Shown here one piece after another: positions 12,266-24,409 of a stretch of DNA of 64,000 nt (positions are counted from its first letter, which is position 1; the number at the start of each line of letters is the position of its first letter). The notes below the pieces were generated by a model. It saw only the letters and a program-made list of their open reading frames with translations. It had not been told where the DNA came from and searched no databases. The DNA comes from Eledone cirrhosa (Eukaryota). A program made the position numbers and the translations under genes. Where the stretch lies: the NCBI GenBank assembly GCA_964016885.1, contig OZ024740.1, forward strand, positions 182,528,001-182,592,000, read 5' to 3'.

Positions 12266-12660
12266 CACCACATGTGTCAATATGGTTAAGCATGTAAACC
12301 TAAGCTAGTGACATGACTTCCATCCTGATATATTACTTCGATAGTAATGTCATATCTCATAATTTTATTATGTTATTTTCTCATATTGCAATAAACCATA
12401 TATAAATGCAACAACATAACTCCTATGCTAATAACAATGAATGAATAGTTCATGCAAAATATTATAGTAACAGCAATGTCCTATTTTCTGAGAAGCTACT
12501 TTATTCACATAAAATTTAAACACAAACTATCAGACGGCGAAACTTTCACTTGTCCATCAAGTATAAATATAGTAACATACCTGCACAAATACACACTCAC
12601 ACACACATACACACATATATATATATACATACATATATATATATATATATACATATATAT

Positions 12661-12696
<36 letters not shown>

Positions 12697-12698
<2 letters not shown>

Positions 12699-14758
12699 GA
12701 GGAGGTTATAGTTCACTTGAAGCATTGTGTAATGAGGTATAAACGTTTGAATATGTATAATAAAGCCAAAACAATGCAGGTATGGACATAGAAAAAAGAA
12801 TGCAATTGCAAAAGATATTGTTGACAATTCGTCTTTTACCTTAGATTTATTTAAATGTCCTTAATTTTCGAGATAATATCTCTTCTTCAGAGGGAAATAA
12901 AGGTCTCAAACCAGCGTTCTAAATATCTTGCCAAGCCATGCTGACAGGAAATAGTATAGAGTATCTGTTCTATCTCTAATGTCAAAGAGTTAAAATTAGG
13001 TGGATAAAGAGTAGTCTCCCTTTAAAAGGGGTTTGTTTAGGGGTTTTTTTTTTGTATATACATGCCTGTTTAAGTGTGTGGGAGAATGCATGAAGGTGTA
13101 AGTATGTGAGTGTGTGTGTGTGAGTGTGAGAAGATAAGTCTATTCGTAAATGTGGGGGATAGGTGTTATCTGGTGTCAGAACTGGTTTTGTGTATGTATG
13201 TGTGAGAGAGAATAAGTGGAGGTGTAAGCGTGTGTGGGGTGTAAATATGGGGCTAGAAGCCCTATCAGGTTATAAATTGGGTGTTGAGTTCTAGTCTATT
13301 ATTGATTGGTGGTTGTGTTTTATCTATAATTAGTGCTTCCTTAATTCTAAGATTGCCGAGGTTTCTTTCCTTAGTTTCTATCCTAACTGTTATGGTTTTG
13401 TCGGTGTTTTTGCATTTAACTAGGTGTTTCTTAAATGAGGAAGCGTTAGTATTGAGGTGTTCTTTTATTCTTATGTGGAGTGGTCTGGTGGTGCTACCTA
13501 CGTAGAAGTTGTTGCATTTGTCACACTCTAGTCTGTATACGACGTAAGCCTGGTGGCATAGGTTTGTGTCGTTGATGGGGCAGTTGGCTAGTCTGCAGCA
13601 GTTGTCATGTCTGGTGGAGTGTCTTTTGGTTAGCTGTCCGCGTAGAGAAGGACCTGAGTGGGCCAGTTGGATATCTAGTCCCTCTCGTCTGATGGCTCTG
13701 CGGATGGCTGTTGTTGTTTCTTCACTGAAGTGTGGGAGCTTCAGGAAGCAAGTGTTAGTGCCTCGGGTGTGGTGTCCTCTGTTCTTTCTGGCACGGTTTG
13801 TGGTGGATGTCTTGTATCCGTTCAGTTTGAGTACTTCCAGGAAATGTGTGGTGTGTGTGTCTCGGTCTCTAGCGTCGGTGCTTTTGTTCCGGATACGTGC
13901 CAGTTCGTTCCTTATGTATCCGAACTTGGAACCGAGTGGGAGGGCCGATCTGAAATGTACGAACAGGTCCCTGCTGGCGGCTTTTTTTATAGAAGCAGGT
14001 GTGGATGTTGCCTTCCTCTGTTATCCTGAGTTGGAAGTCCAGTAGGGATAGAGATCCGCAGTCATCGGGGTGTTCCATGCTGAACTTTATACTGGCGTCC
14101 ATGCTGGAGAATGTTGTGTATATTTTATCTGCCTCCTCACGGGATGATGTAAGGATGAGTATGTCATCTACATATCGGGTGAAGAAGGCTTGGGAATGGC
14201 AGGTGTTGAGGGCTCGGCATTCTAGCTGGTTCATGTAGGTGATGGCCAGCAGGCCCGATAGGCTGGATCCCATGGGTAATCCTGTTGTCTGTCTGTATGT
14301 GTGGTGGTGGAAGGTGAAGTACGTGTTGTCTACTGTGAAGGACAAAAGCTGGTGTATGTCCGTCGGGTGGAGGCCGTAGCAGTGGATGTCCTCTGCGACC
14401 ACGCAGTCCGTCAATAAATCGACAGCTGGATGAGCGGGGACTGTAGTGTAGAGGGAGACAACGTCGAGGCTAAAAGCGTATTTATTTAGTTTCAGTTGTT
14501 CTGGCTGGAGTTGGTGTAGTCTACGTATAACTTCGTCGGAGCTACTGACATGCCCGGGAAAGGTGGAGAGTAGAGGCTTGAGGACCTGGGAGAGGAGCCA
14601 GGAAATTTTGTATAGGGGTCCTTCTATGCTAGAGACGATGGGTCTTATTTGCGTCTTAGTACTATTCTTGTGGGTCTTGATGAGGTGGTAGAAAGTGGGC
14701 AGTCTGCTATTTCTAGTGGTGTAGTTGAGCTTAACTTTATTTGGGAGTTGTCTTCTAC
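12697..14758 (-). mobile_element. Penelope-like element family P1, 5'-truncated: RT + GIY-YIG EN + 3' pLTR, flanked by (TA)n on both sides
   Basis: PTFYHLIKTHK, IRPIVS, SLDVVSLYT, GLPMGSSLS, RYVDDI, LSLLDF; C-terminal VVYRLECDKC..FYVGSTTRPLHIRIKEH; +1 frameshift in A-run near 13985. Confidence 0.95.
12858..12894 (-). ncRNA. Minimal HHR motif in the P1 pLTR
   Basis: CCT-CTGAAGA-A-GAGAT-ATT-ATCTC-GAAA-AT-TA-AGG; stem I only 3 bp. Confidence 0.55.
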
Positions 14759-14794
14759 ATATATATATACACATATATTTATATATATATATAC

Positions 14795-15000
14795 ATTTAT
14801 TAAAATAACAGATTAAAGTTTAAGCAAAGAATCGCTGCTTTCACCCTTAACGGGATCTTCTGAAACTAAAAAATCAATCTGTGAACGCAGAAGGAAATAT
14901 TTCGAAAAACGTTGCAACCGAAGGAAAACAGGAAGATGATACTTTGGTTCGTGAAGACGTTCCCTGGCAATGAACAGAAAACAGCGAAGATAATAAATAC
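14795..15000 (-). mobile_element. pLTR-like remnant of another PLE family with degenerate HHR core
   Basis: Minus strand CAGAAGA-TCCC-GTTAA-GGGT-GAAAGCAGCGATTCTTTGCT...; same sequence at 53070-53135 (+). Confidence 0.55.
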
Positions 15001-15004
15001 ATTC

Positions 15005-15950
15005 TGGCTATGGAAACAGCAGTTGGAAGCAAGAGGACAGAGATTGTACCTAGCTCAAAGTTTTGATGAGTAGAAAAGAGGAAAAAACTCTGATTCCATC
15101 AGGGAAATGGCCATGTTCGATATGCAGAAAAAGAACTGGCATAAATTCTATAAAATGCACACAATGCAGATCCTGGGTACACAAGAGATGTAGTGGGATA
15201 GCAGGCAAACTATCAGGTAGGGAGAAATACGTATGCAGTAGATGTACAGGGAAATTAGACTGTAGAAGTCGCATTGATAGATGCATTTTTCAAATGCAGG
15301 CAGGTGCTATAGAAGAGGTGGATAGCTTCCGGTGCCTTGGAGATCAGATTAGCATGGGAGGTGCGTGTTCCGAGGCCATAGTATCTGGAATAAGGACGGG
15401 TTGGAAGAAGTTTAGGGAGCTGCTTCCTCTGCTGACGAAGAAGGGTTTCTCCCTGCATATGAAAGGCCGGTTATATGATGCCTGTGTGAGGAGCGCGATG
15501 CTGCATGGTAGTGAGACATGGGCAGTAACTGCAGAGGACATGCGACGGCTGGAGAGAAATGTGACAAGCATGCTTCGTTAAATGTGCAATGTCAATGTAT
15601 GTGAACGACCCAGCATGGAAGTGTTGAGAGAGAAACTGTGTCTGAGAGGGATATAATGTAGCGTGCGAAGGAGGAGAATGCGGTGGTATAGACATGTGAT
15701 GCGCATGGAGGATGACTGATGGGTGAAGAAGTGTCAGGAAATGGCAGTTGAAGGAAGACGTGGTAGAGGTAAACCACGAAAAACATGGGCGGAGGTGGTC
15801 AGAACAGACCTCAGATCGCTGAAGCTCACGGTGGAGATGATGAAGGACCGTGACAAGTGGAAAGATGCTGTGCTGAATAAGACGCGTCCCACCCTTGCAA
15901 GCAGGGAAAAGCAGACGTAAAATGATGATGATGATGATGATGATGATGAT
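15005..15950 (+). mobile_element. 5'-truncated RTE family RTE-2 (PHD-containing RT end, short 3'UTR, (GAT)n tail)
   Basis: GKWPCSICRKRTGINSIKCTQCRSWVHKRC...AMLHGSETW...RGRGKPRKTW; internal stops. Confidence 0.92.
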
Positions 15951-15952
15951 AT

Positions 15953-16003
<51 letters not shown>

Positions 16004-16111
16004 TATATATATACATATATATATATACATATATACATATATATATACACATATATATATATATATATACACATATATATATTTACATATATACATATAT
16101 ATACATATATA

Positions 16112-16174
<63 letters not shown>

Positions 16175-16284
16175 TTATATAATCATATATACATATATAT
16201 ATATACATATATACATATATATATTTATATATGCATACACATACACACTTAAGTTTACTACACATCACATTCATTGATATAGAT

Positions 16285-18328
16285 CAGGGGTCACCAAACT
16301 ACGGCCCGCGGGCCGGATCAGGCCCGCGACGTCAGTTCAACAGGTCCGCCGACGGTGCTTGCATTTTCGTGATAAAACGGATGGAACACGAGATGTTTCT
16401 AATTCAATGTCTTTTTCATTTTCAGATCCCGTTTTTTTTCACCCTTTATTATGGCTACTAAGAAAAGAAAAGTGGACGCCGAGTGTCGCGTTTTAGATGA
16501 ATGGGGGGTGAATACTCCTTTGTGGAAACAAAGGACCAGAAAGCTAGTTGCGTGGTATGCAGCGAAAGTATTGCCGTTTTGAAAGAGTACATTCTTCGGC
16601 GTCACTATGAAACAAAACATCTATCAACATATTCAAAGTTTTCTGGAAAGTTACGCTCTGAGAAATATGAGTCCATGAAACGTGGTTTAGAAACTCAAAG
16701 AAATCTCTTCACGAGAAAGTTTGCTGAAAATGAATCTGTCACTCGTACAAGTTACAAAATAGTGCATAAGTTGGCAGAGTGAGGAAAACCGTTTACTGAT
16801 GGCAACTTCATCAAAGAGTGTATAATGGAAGCAGCAAATAACTTGTGTGTCCTGAGAAAGCCGATTTGTTTGGAAGTATCAGCCTTTCGGCAATTTCAGT
16901 TGTGCGGAGAACAGAAGAACTTGGAGAGAACATAGTGCTACAGATACGCGAGAAAGCGAGGAACTTGTGGTATTCTCTGGCGCAAGATGAGTCTACTGAT
17001 CTCTCGAGTACATCACAACTTCTTGTGTTCATTCGTCGTGTCAATTTGGACTTTCAGATAACGGAAGAGTTGGCATCCATTTGCTGCATGCATGGAACAA
17101 CAACTGGAAAAGACATTTTCATGGAAGTGCAGAAAACTTTGCTGTGAACTTTATTCGGGGACATGCACTCAATCACCGTCAGTTCCAGGCTTTTCTTGAA
17201 GAAATTGATTCTGATTTCTGTGACTTGCCTTATCACACAGCAGTGAGGTGGCTCAGCTGCGGTAAAGGCCTGTTTCGTTTTTACACGAAATTATTTTTAA
17301 ACGAAATAGATGTTTTTCTCACTGAAAAAGATAGAGCTGATCCACAGCTGTCAGATCCTACCTGGCTGTCAAAGTTGACATTTTTGGTCGACATCACATC
17401 CCACATGAATGAACTGAACTTGAAACTTCAGGGAAAGGATAACCTCGTCTGTGATCTCTACAAAATTATCAAAGGATTTCGGAGAAAGCTGTCATTGTTT
17501 GAAGCACAACTGGAAGAAGAAAACTTCTCTCATTTTCACTGTTTCAAAGAGTTTTGCGCTACAATTGCTGAAGATGTCAACCTCGATTTTCCTGAAAAGA
17601 TTATTTGTGACTTGAAGAAGCCTTTTTTAGAGAGATTTTCAGATCTCGACAGAATTGAGAGTGACATTCTTCTGTTCCAGAATCCGTTTGATTGTAACCT
17701 TGATGATGTGCCAGTTGAACTGCAGTTGGAGCTCATTGATTTGCAAGCAAATGACTTGTTGAAAGAGAAGCATAGAGAAGGAAATCTTGTTGAATTTTAC
17801 CGCTTCTTACCTGATGTTGAGTTTCCACAATTGAAGAAATTTGCCGCTGGTATGGCATCATTGTTTGGAAGAACTTATGTCTGTGAGCAAACATTTTCAA
17901 AAATGAAGTATGCGAAGTCAACACATCGAACGAGATTGACTGATGAACATTTGAAAGCAATTCTCTTGATTGGATGCCAAAATTCCAAACCAAACATTGA
18001 TGATATCTTGAAAGCCAAACGTCAGTTTCACAAATATCATTAAGCTTTTTTGCTGTTTAGTTTGTAAGATTCGGATATGTGCACACTAGGTCTGATGTAA
18101 CTATATTTTTGCTAACGTTGCCTTCTTTGATAACTTTTTAGTAAATAAATATGTTGGTTGTCTTTGTTTTCTGTGCTTTGCTTGCCCATGATTAACACGG
18201 AATGCTAAACGTAGTGTTTCGTCTTTTTTCCCAGAGCTTTCGTTCTGGCTTGCAAGTATTGAACAGAATGATTATGCGGCCCGCGCTCGTCATTCTTTCA
18301 GTTATCCGGCCCACTGTGAAAAAAGATC
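16285..18328 (+). mobile_element. hAT (Charlie/SPIN, GTF2IRD2-like) DNA transposon, internally deleted, 3' TIR missing
   Basis: 5' TIR CAGGGGTCACCAAACT followed by CGGCCCGCG subterminal repeats; CGGCCC repeats again at 18277-18315; preceded by NNNTANNN 8-mer ATATAGAT. Confidence 0.92.
16451..18043 (+). pseudogene. hAT transposase pseudogene
   Basis: MATKKRKVD NLS, BED finger CVVC...RRHYETKH, DESTD, VRWLS, TYVCEQTFSKMK..RTRLTDEHL; frameshifts and stops; TDGA and CxxH block absent at about 17145. Confidence 0.92.
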
Positions 18329-18713
18329 ATTGAGTGTTATATAGTTATTTTCTAATGGCTTATATAAAAGAGAACGGGGGAACCCACAATACCTATTTCT
18401 GGGCATCCAAGATCAGTTGGAGGAAAGGAAGTAGTTATTCTCAGACATGAGATTTAAGCTAAATGCTTATTACTAAGTGGACTGTACTAAAGTTAATCAT
18501 GGGGTTCAGGTGCTGGAACAATGATTCCATTATCCCCAATGGATTTAATTAAATAGATAAAAGGTTCAGAATCATACAAACTGATATTCATCAAAATCTT
18601 GTTTACTGACTTTTCAATATCTTTTCATTTGGACTTTGTCAATTTCCTAACCAACCTCAAAACTCATACAATGACTTACTTCTACCCATTCTAATTATTC
18701 CAAATTCTAAAGC

Positions 18714-19009
18714 AAGCATGGGAACCTGTGGCCTTAAGGATGCATGTCAACTTCTGAAAGAAGCACAGTATTCAAAGAAAAACTCTCAAATTGAATTATA
18801 TTTTTGATGATTTCGTTTGTTTTAACGTCTAACTTTTCAACTAATTATGACTCATAGAAAAACCCACAAGTTTCTTTATTTCTATTTGTAATTTTATTTT
18901 GTTAAATAACTGAACTCTAGTGAGACAATATTATTTTCAAAGTGTGGCCTTACTGGATGTCAGGTAATTTTAATGTGGCCATCTAACATATTAAATTTCC
19001 CCACTCCTG
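18714..19009 (+). mobile_element. Old non-autonomous hAT-type MITE
   Basis: Degenerate ends CAAGCATGGGAACCTGTGGCC ... TGTGGCC...TTTCCCCACTCCTG. Confidence 0.4.
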
Positions 19010-19579
19010 CACAAGAAACATTATGAAATATCTTGTGACATGAGCTGGATATCTAATATCATAATCACAAAACATTTCAGCTTTTCCTTGTATTTCCTTC
19101 TTACAAAAGAAATGTATTTCTTAACAGGTTTTGGATACATTAAAGTGATGTTGGAACCCATTACAATACACTATAAGATTGAATATACAAACATTTAGTT
19201 CTATGAATTATGTCAACTTTCATAAATCATTTCCAATCCTTGAAAGGAAATTATAGACATAAACAAAAAAAATCACACCTCTTCGCTCTATTTGTTAGTA
19301 TTTCCAAAGATGTTGGATAATCAAATTCAGTTTTCACAAATTTCTGTATTCTCATACAGAACATATACAACAATATATGGGTTGAGCCATATCAAAATAT
19401 ATTTATCACTCCTTTCACAGAACTATATTCCTCTGCATCTCTTTAAAATTGTGAACACCCCTATGTGTTCTACTCTATCTACTATAATGGTAATAATTGT
19501 ATGAAGCATTTATAGCACTAATTGACACCATACAGTTAGTTTTCCTATGTTTTCAATGTTCCCTTCAAACAATCATGAA

Positions 19580-19695
19580 TGTGCATGGCTTAGTGGCTAC
19601 AGATCTGAATTTGCAATCAAGAGGCTGTGTGTTTGATTCCTGGATTGGGTGATGTGTTAGGTCCTTGTGCAACACACATTATTTCACATTGCTTT
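19580..19695 (+). mobile_element. Decayed tRNA-SINE head (family C); similar copy at 21878-21990
   Basis: TGGCTTAGTGG A box, GTTTGATTCC B box, then TGTGTT..GTCCTTG..CAA. Confidence 0.55.
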
Positions 19696-20574
19696 TTCTG
19701 ATAGTATCAGCAATGGAAAGACCAATGGAAACATTGTTTCCTTGGTCCTATTTGGCAGGTACCACAAGAAATTGGAATGTGACAAGTGCAGCCAATTCAA
19801 CATTGGTAGCACTATTTGACCCTTACACCACCAAATTAAAGAACACATCAACATAAACTCTTCTTCTTTCCACATACACATCATGAAATGTTGAGACAGG
19901 GAGAGAAAAATAACCACCACATCTTGGCTACCAAGTGCAGTATAGGCACACAACATTTTCAAAGTTTCTCTCTGAGAACCCCTCCCCCATGAATTCCCCT
20001 TCATAATGGCTCGTAAATCCGAAAATATTAGTGATTATTAAAAAAACGTCTTATAATCCTCTCTCTTTTACTTCACTGTGTTCTTTTTTCATCTAATTTG
20101 TTATTACATTGGCATTTTTATCAAACACACATTGTCGGGCTTCCAATAATCAAATTTATTTCGTATTTGTATCTGAATCTCATATACCATAATTCTTTAA
20201 GCAAACTACCACAACTTTTATATATATAGGGAAACCTTTTTTTGGTGAATTAATGAAATAAAGAACAAGCACGTACTTGGGTTGATTTCATCATCTACTA
20301 TCCTCTCTCACAAATTTGTCAATCAGTGCCAATATAAGAAATCAGTGTTACTTTAAATGATGTACAATACCTCTTATGTGCTATAGAGAGAATACTTCAA
20401 TAAGAATTTAATTTATGTAAATAACAATGAAATTGAAGTTTTTGCATATAAATTATTGAATTGAAAATAAAGCTAATCAGCATTTTGTCACAAACAGTTA
20501 TCATGCAAACTGCAACTGCATAGTTAACTTTAATTGCAGTATATATATATATATATATACATACATATATATAC

Positions 20575-20759
20575 GTTATTCCAGGTTGAATCGGAGGTAA
20601 CCACAGTAAGTAAGGTACTCAATACATTGCAGAGTATAAAAGTTTTAATATAGATGAGATTCTACAGGACTAGAACTGTTTCATTCTTTAGAAATCATCA
20701 GGAATCTGATTCCTGATGATTTCTAAAGAATGAAACAGTTCTAGTCCTGTAGAATCTCA

Positions 20760-20762
<3 letters not shown>
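20575..20762. mobile_element. PLE-type pLTR end folded into a perfect 55-bp-arm palindrome, with an HHR core on both strands
   Basis: 20652-20706 and 20708-20762 are exact reverse complements; arm contains CTGATGA-T-TTC-TAAA-GAA-T-GAAAC-AGTTCTA-GTC; related fragment at 53169-53192. Confidence 0.75.
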
Positions 20763-20794
<32 letters not shown>

Positions 20795-20799
20795 GTATG

Positions 20800-20831
<32 letters not shown>

Positions 20832-22724
20832 CTGCAATTAAAGTTAACTATACAGTTGCAGTTTGCATGATAACTGTATATATATATATATATATATATA
20901 TACATGGACAGGTTGGTATATTGCCACAAGGGCTAACTGCTTTCCGTGACCACTGTGTAGCCATTATTTTAGTAACCAGTGATTATGTTTTGTATTACAG
21001 TTTGGAATGTGTCTTCTGGTTCATGCCAGAAACTGAAATAATATGCTTTAACTCAAATTTTAATTTTCAGTTGGAATTGATGAAGAGTAGAACAATGCCT
21101 AAATGTTTCAAATCATGTTCACATATTATTCTTTTAAAACTGAACTTCATTGAATTAACTTATAATTGAGGATGTTACCTTTCCATTTTTTCCTATGTGC
21201 TTGTACTTCACGTGAATGTTTTTCCATTGCAATTCTTTGATTTTTAGTGAACACCATAATTCAGAAATACAAACAAGACATTATTATGTCAGACTTTGAG
21301 ACATTGTGTGTTAACAATAGTTTCTTACACAGGCATGTGGTCTCAAATTAGAGAGAAGGGTATAATTGATTTTAGCGATGCTAATAATATTTGAATGGTA
21401 TTTTATTTTATTGATCTTGAAAGGCAATGTTGATCTCAGTAGGATTTAAAACTCAGGATGTGAAGAGATAAAAATAGATACCACAAGGAATTATATCCAA
21501 TGCTGGAAGAATTTCACCAATTTACCAAGATGTCAAATTTAATAATAGTCTGCAGAAACAATAAAAGAAGGCAGGGCAAACTCTGTACCCTCAGCTGGAC
21601 AAAGTATCTACTGTCTTTCCAATGGACAAGATGGCAAAACTGTTATCATGCTTGAGCAGCAATTCTACCTTACAGGGCTCCTTCTTCAGACATGATGCCA
21701 TCTTCTTGATTTTGTGGAGGAATATAGAGTCTGAAAATTGAGGATGTTGGAGCTCTCAATTGAATAAAACTATTTGTGATATCTATTAGATTTGTTGGAT
21801 TACCCTTTACAAACTCTAGTATTTGTTTAATTATATAATAAGGTTATTTTTCTTAACTTAATAAATATTTATGAAACTGCATGGTTCAGTGGTTACATAA
21901 TTGGATTAACAAATGCGAGGTTGCAAGTTGGATTCCTGGAGCAGGTGATGTGTTATGTCTTTGAGTAAGGGATTTTATTTCCTATTGCTCCTTCAAGCAG
22001 GAGTTGTGATCGGTAGATAGTATCAACAATAGAAAGTCCAATGGAAATATTTTCTTTGGTCCAATTTGACGAGTTCTACCGATTCAGTTAGTGAGTAAGG
22101 TCTGACATCATATCAATCAGCCTCCAGTCAAAATTAATATTCAAAATATTTGATTATTTTTTTTTCAAAGATTATTATTACACTACACTGTTAATGCACT
22201 AATGTAGTACTGTTGATTGGAGTGGTTTGTCAATCAATATATAAATATTTAATTGAATTTTTATATTATTTCTTTGCAAATGATCTAATATATGTATATA
22301 TGTTTGGTCCTGTAACTTCTGAGGGCATCGTAGGTGCATTTCACTGACATATGAGAAAGAAGATAAATAGTGTTTCAACTGACAATATAATAGGGTAAAA
22401 GTTAAAGATAGAATGAGAGATAAAAGGAGAAATAAGATAGACAATAGTAAGGAGAGAAAATAAGGGGAAACATTTTGGAGGGAAAGCATGTGTGTTTAGC
22501 CAACCACAAGACATGTCATCTAACACTAACAATTCTGCTCTGGACCGGTGCTTTATTTTATTAATGCTGAAAGCATGAATCTCAAAGTGGGTTTTAGTGG
22601 ATTTTCAACCCAGAGTGCAAAGTGTTGGAACAAATACCACAAAGTATTTAATCTTTACATATCATATAATCTTACAACTCATGAAATTTCCATCTGGAAT
22701 GCATTGGATCATACATCTGTTTGA

Positions 22725-22980
22725 TCAATTTAAATGTCCGTATAGAGCTATTAAACCATGACAGTCTAGGTGAGGTATCTAGTATTTATTACAGTAAAGA
22801 AACAAAATACAAGATATACACAGACAAGTGAATATAAAAATAAAAATATAACTTTAAAGGTATTAATGAAATTAAATAAAATGTAAATAGGGAAGGCCAA
22901 CTGTTGGTACAATAAGCATTAAAAAAAAGATTTTTAAAAGATGGGAAGCAAGGGAATCTGTAAAGCAGCTAGGTGGTTTT
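22725..22980 (-). mobile_element. Old interspersed repeat (probable LINE 3' end); second copy about 52185-52490
   Basis: Both copies share GGGAAGCAAGGGAA(T/G)CTGTAAAGCAGCTAGG and GTATCTAGT..TT.TTACAGT. Confidence 0.5.
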
Positions 22981-24338
22981 GTTGTTGAATCTTTTCATAA
23001 CCTACATCTACTTAAAGATTTTGTTTATAGTTGGTAGAATTTTTACAATATATTGTATCTCCAATCTTGGTACTTTTTTAATGATCGCCTTCAAGATGTC
23101 GTCTCTCTCAGACTAAAGAACAACACTCTGATTTAGAAATGCAATTACATATTCATTTCAATTTTCTATTATAATTCCATTGCAAAATAAATTACCATCT
23201 ATTGCAATGAGATATCATATATATGAAATAATGCAAAAGCTTTTAGAAAAGAAAAATTATGTGAACTTTATTTGTCTCAAAACTATTTAAGCAAATACTT
23301 TTTAAAATATTTTCTTTAAAATGTATTTTTCATCTTTATTCAATAATAAGTTTGAGTTTTGTGATTCATATTTAGGGATTTTGATTGAAACGTTTGTCTT
23401 TTAAAACATTTCTTAAAAATATGTATCAAGTTATTTTCCAACCTTTTTCTTAATGTAAATAAATCTAAATTCTTTGTTGATTTTTATTTGTCTGTTTTTG
23501 GAAGTTGTGCAGTTTTAAAATTCATTCTTGTTTTTTGTTTAAAATTCATTCTTGTGAGTGATGTGATAAGGATACATTTATGTTATTTGTAGGACCATAT
23601 CTATATGTTTGTGATGTGATGACTATATGTTTATATTATTTGTAAGATTCTATCTATATGTTTACAATGTAATGATAATACATTTATGTTATTTTCTTTG
23701 CCTCAATGTGTTTTTTACTCTTGCATCTTTATTTTATAAGACAACAAAAACGCCCTTATTTCCTCTTTAATTTGTTTTGCATGTTTCCATGATACCTTAC
23801 CATCTATATTTATACAAAGTTGTATGTTGTACTTATATTAACACATTTATATGAAATAATGAATGTGTGTGAGGACTGTTCCCACACAATAAATGGGAGT
23901 ATTTATACATATATTACATCTATAGAACTACATATATATTCAAAATGCAGTACTAATATGTGCATATATATGTGGTGGGGAGCATGTCTGTGTTTGCAAA
24001 TGTGTGCGGATGGGCATTTATGTGTGTATTGGGGTGGCATGTGTATGTATGTGTGCATGGTTATTTGTGTGTGTATCTGGGGGCATGTGTATGTGTGTAT
24101 GTGCATAATTGTGTGTGTATCTGTGGGCATGTGTATGAATGTGTATGAATGTGAGTATGTGTATGTGGCTTATGTTCTCTTTTGTATTTAGCAATATTTG
24201 AATTTTGGCAACTTTGAAATTTCTCTTAGAATGTTTCAAAATATTTTTCTTGTATTAATATGTTTATGGCATAGACCTTTCTATTAGAGCAGAAATTTAT
24301 ACTCACTAAGCTGATTTAACAACATATTATAACAAACA

Positions 24339-24409
<71 letters not shown>

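Noticed and set aside
15471-16274. YI/IY-rich ORFs (also 12.5, 24.3, 31.1, 35.7-36.4, 41.8, 45.0, 49.4 kb)
   Set aside because: Translations of (TA)n/(CA)n/(GAT)n microsatellites, not genes
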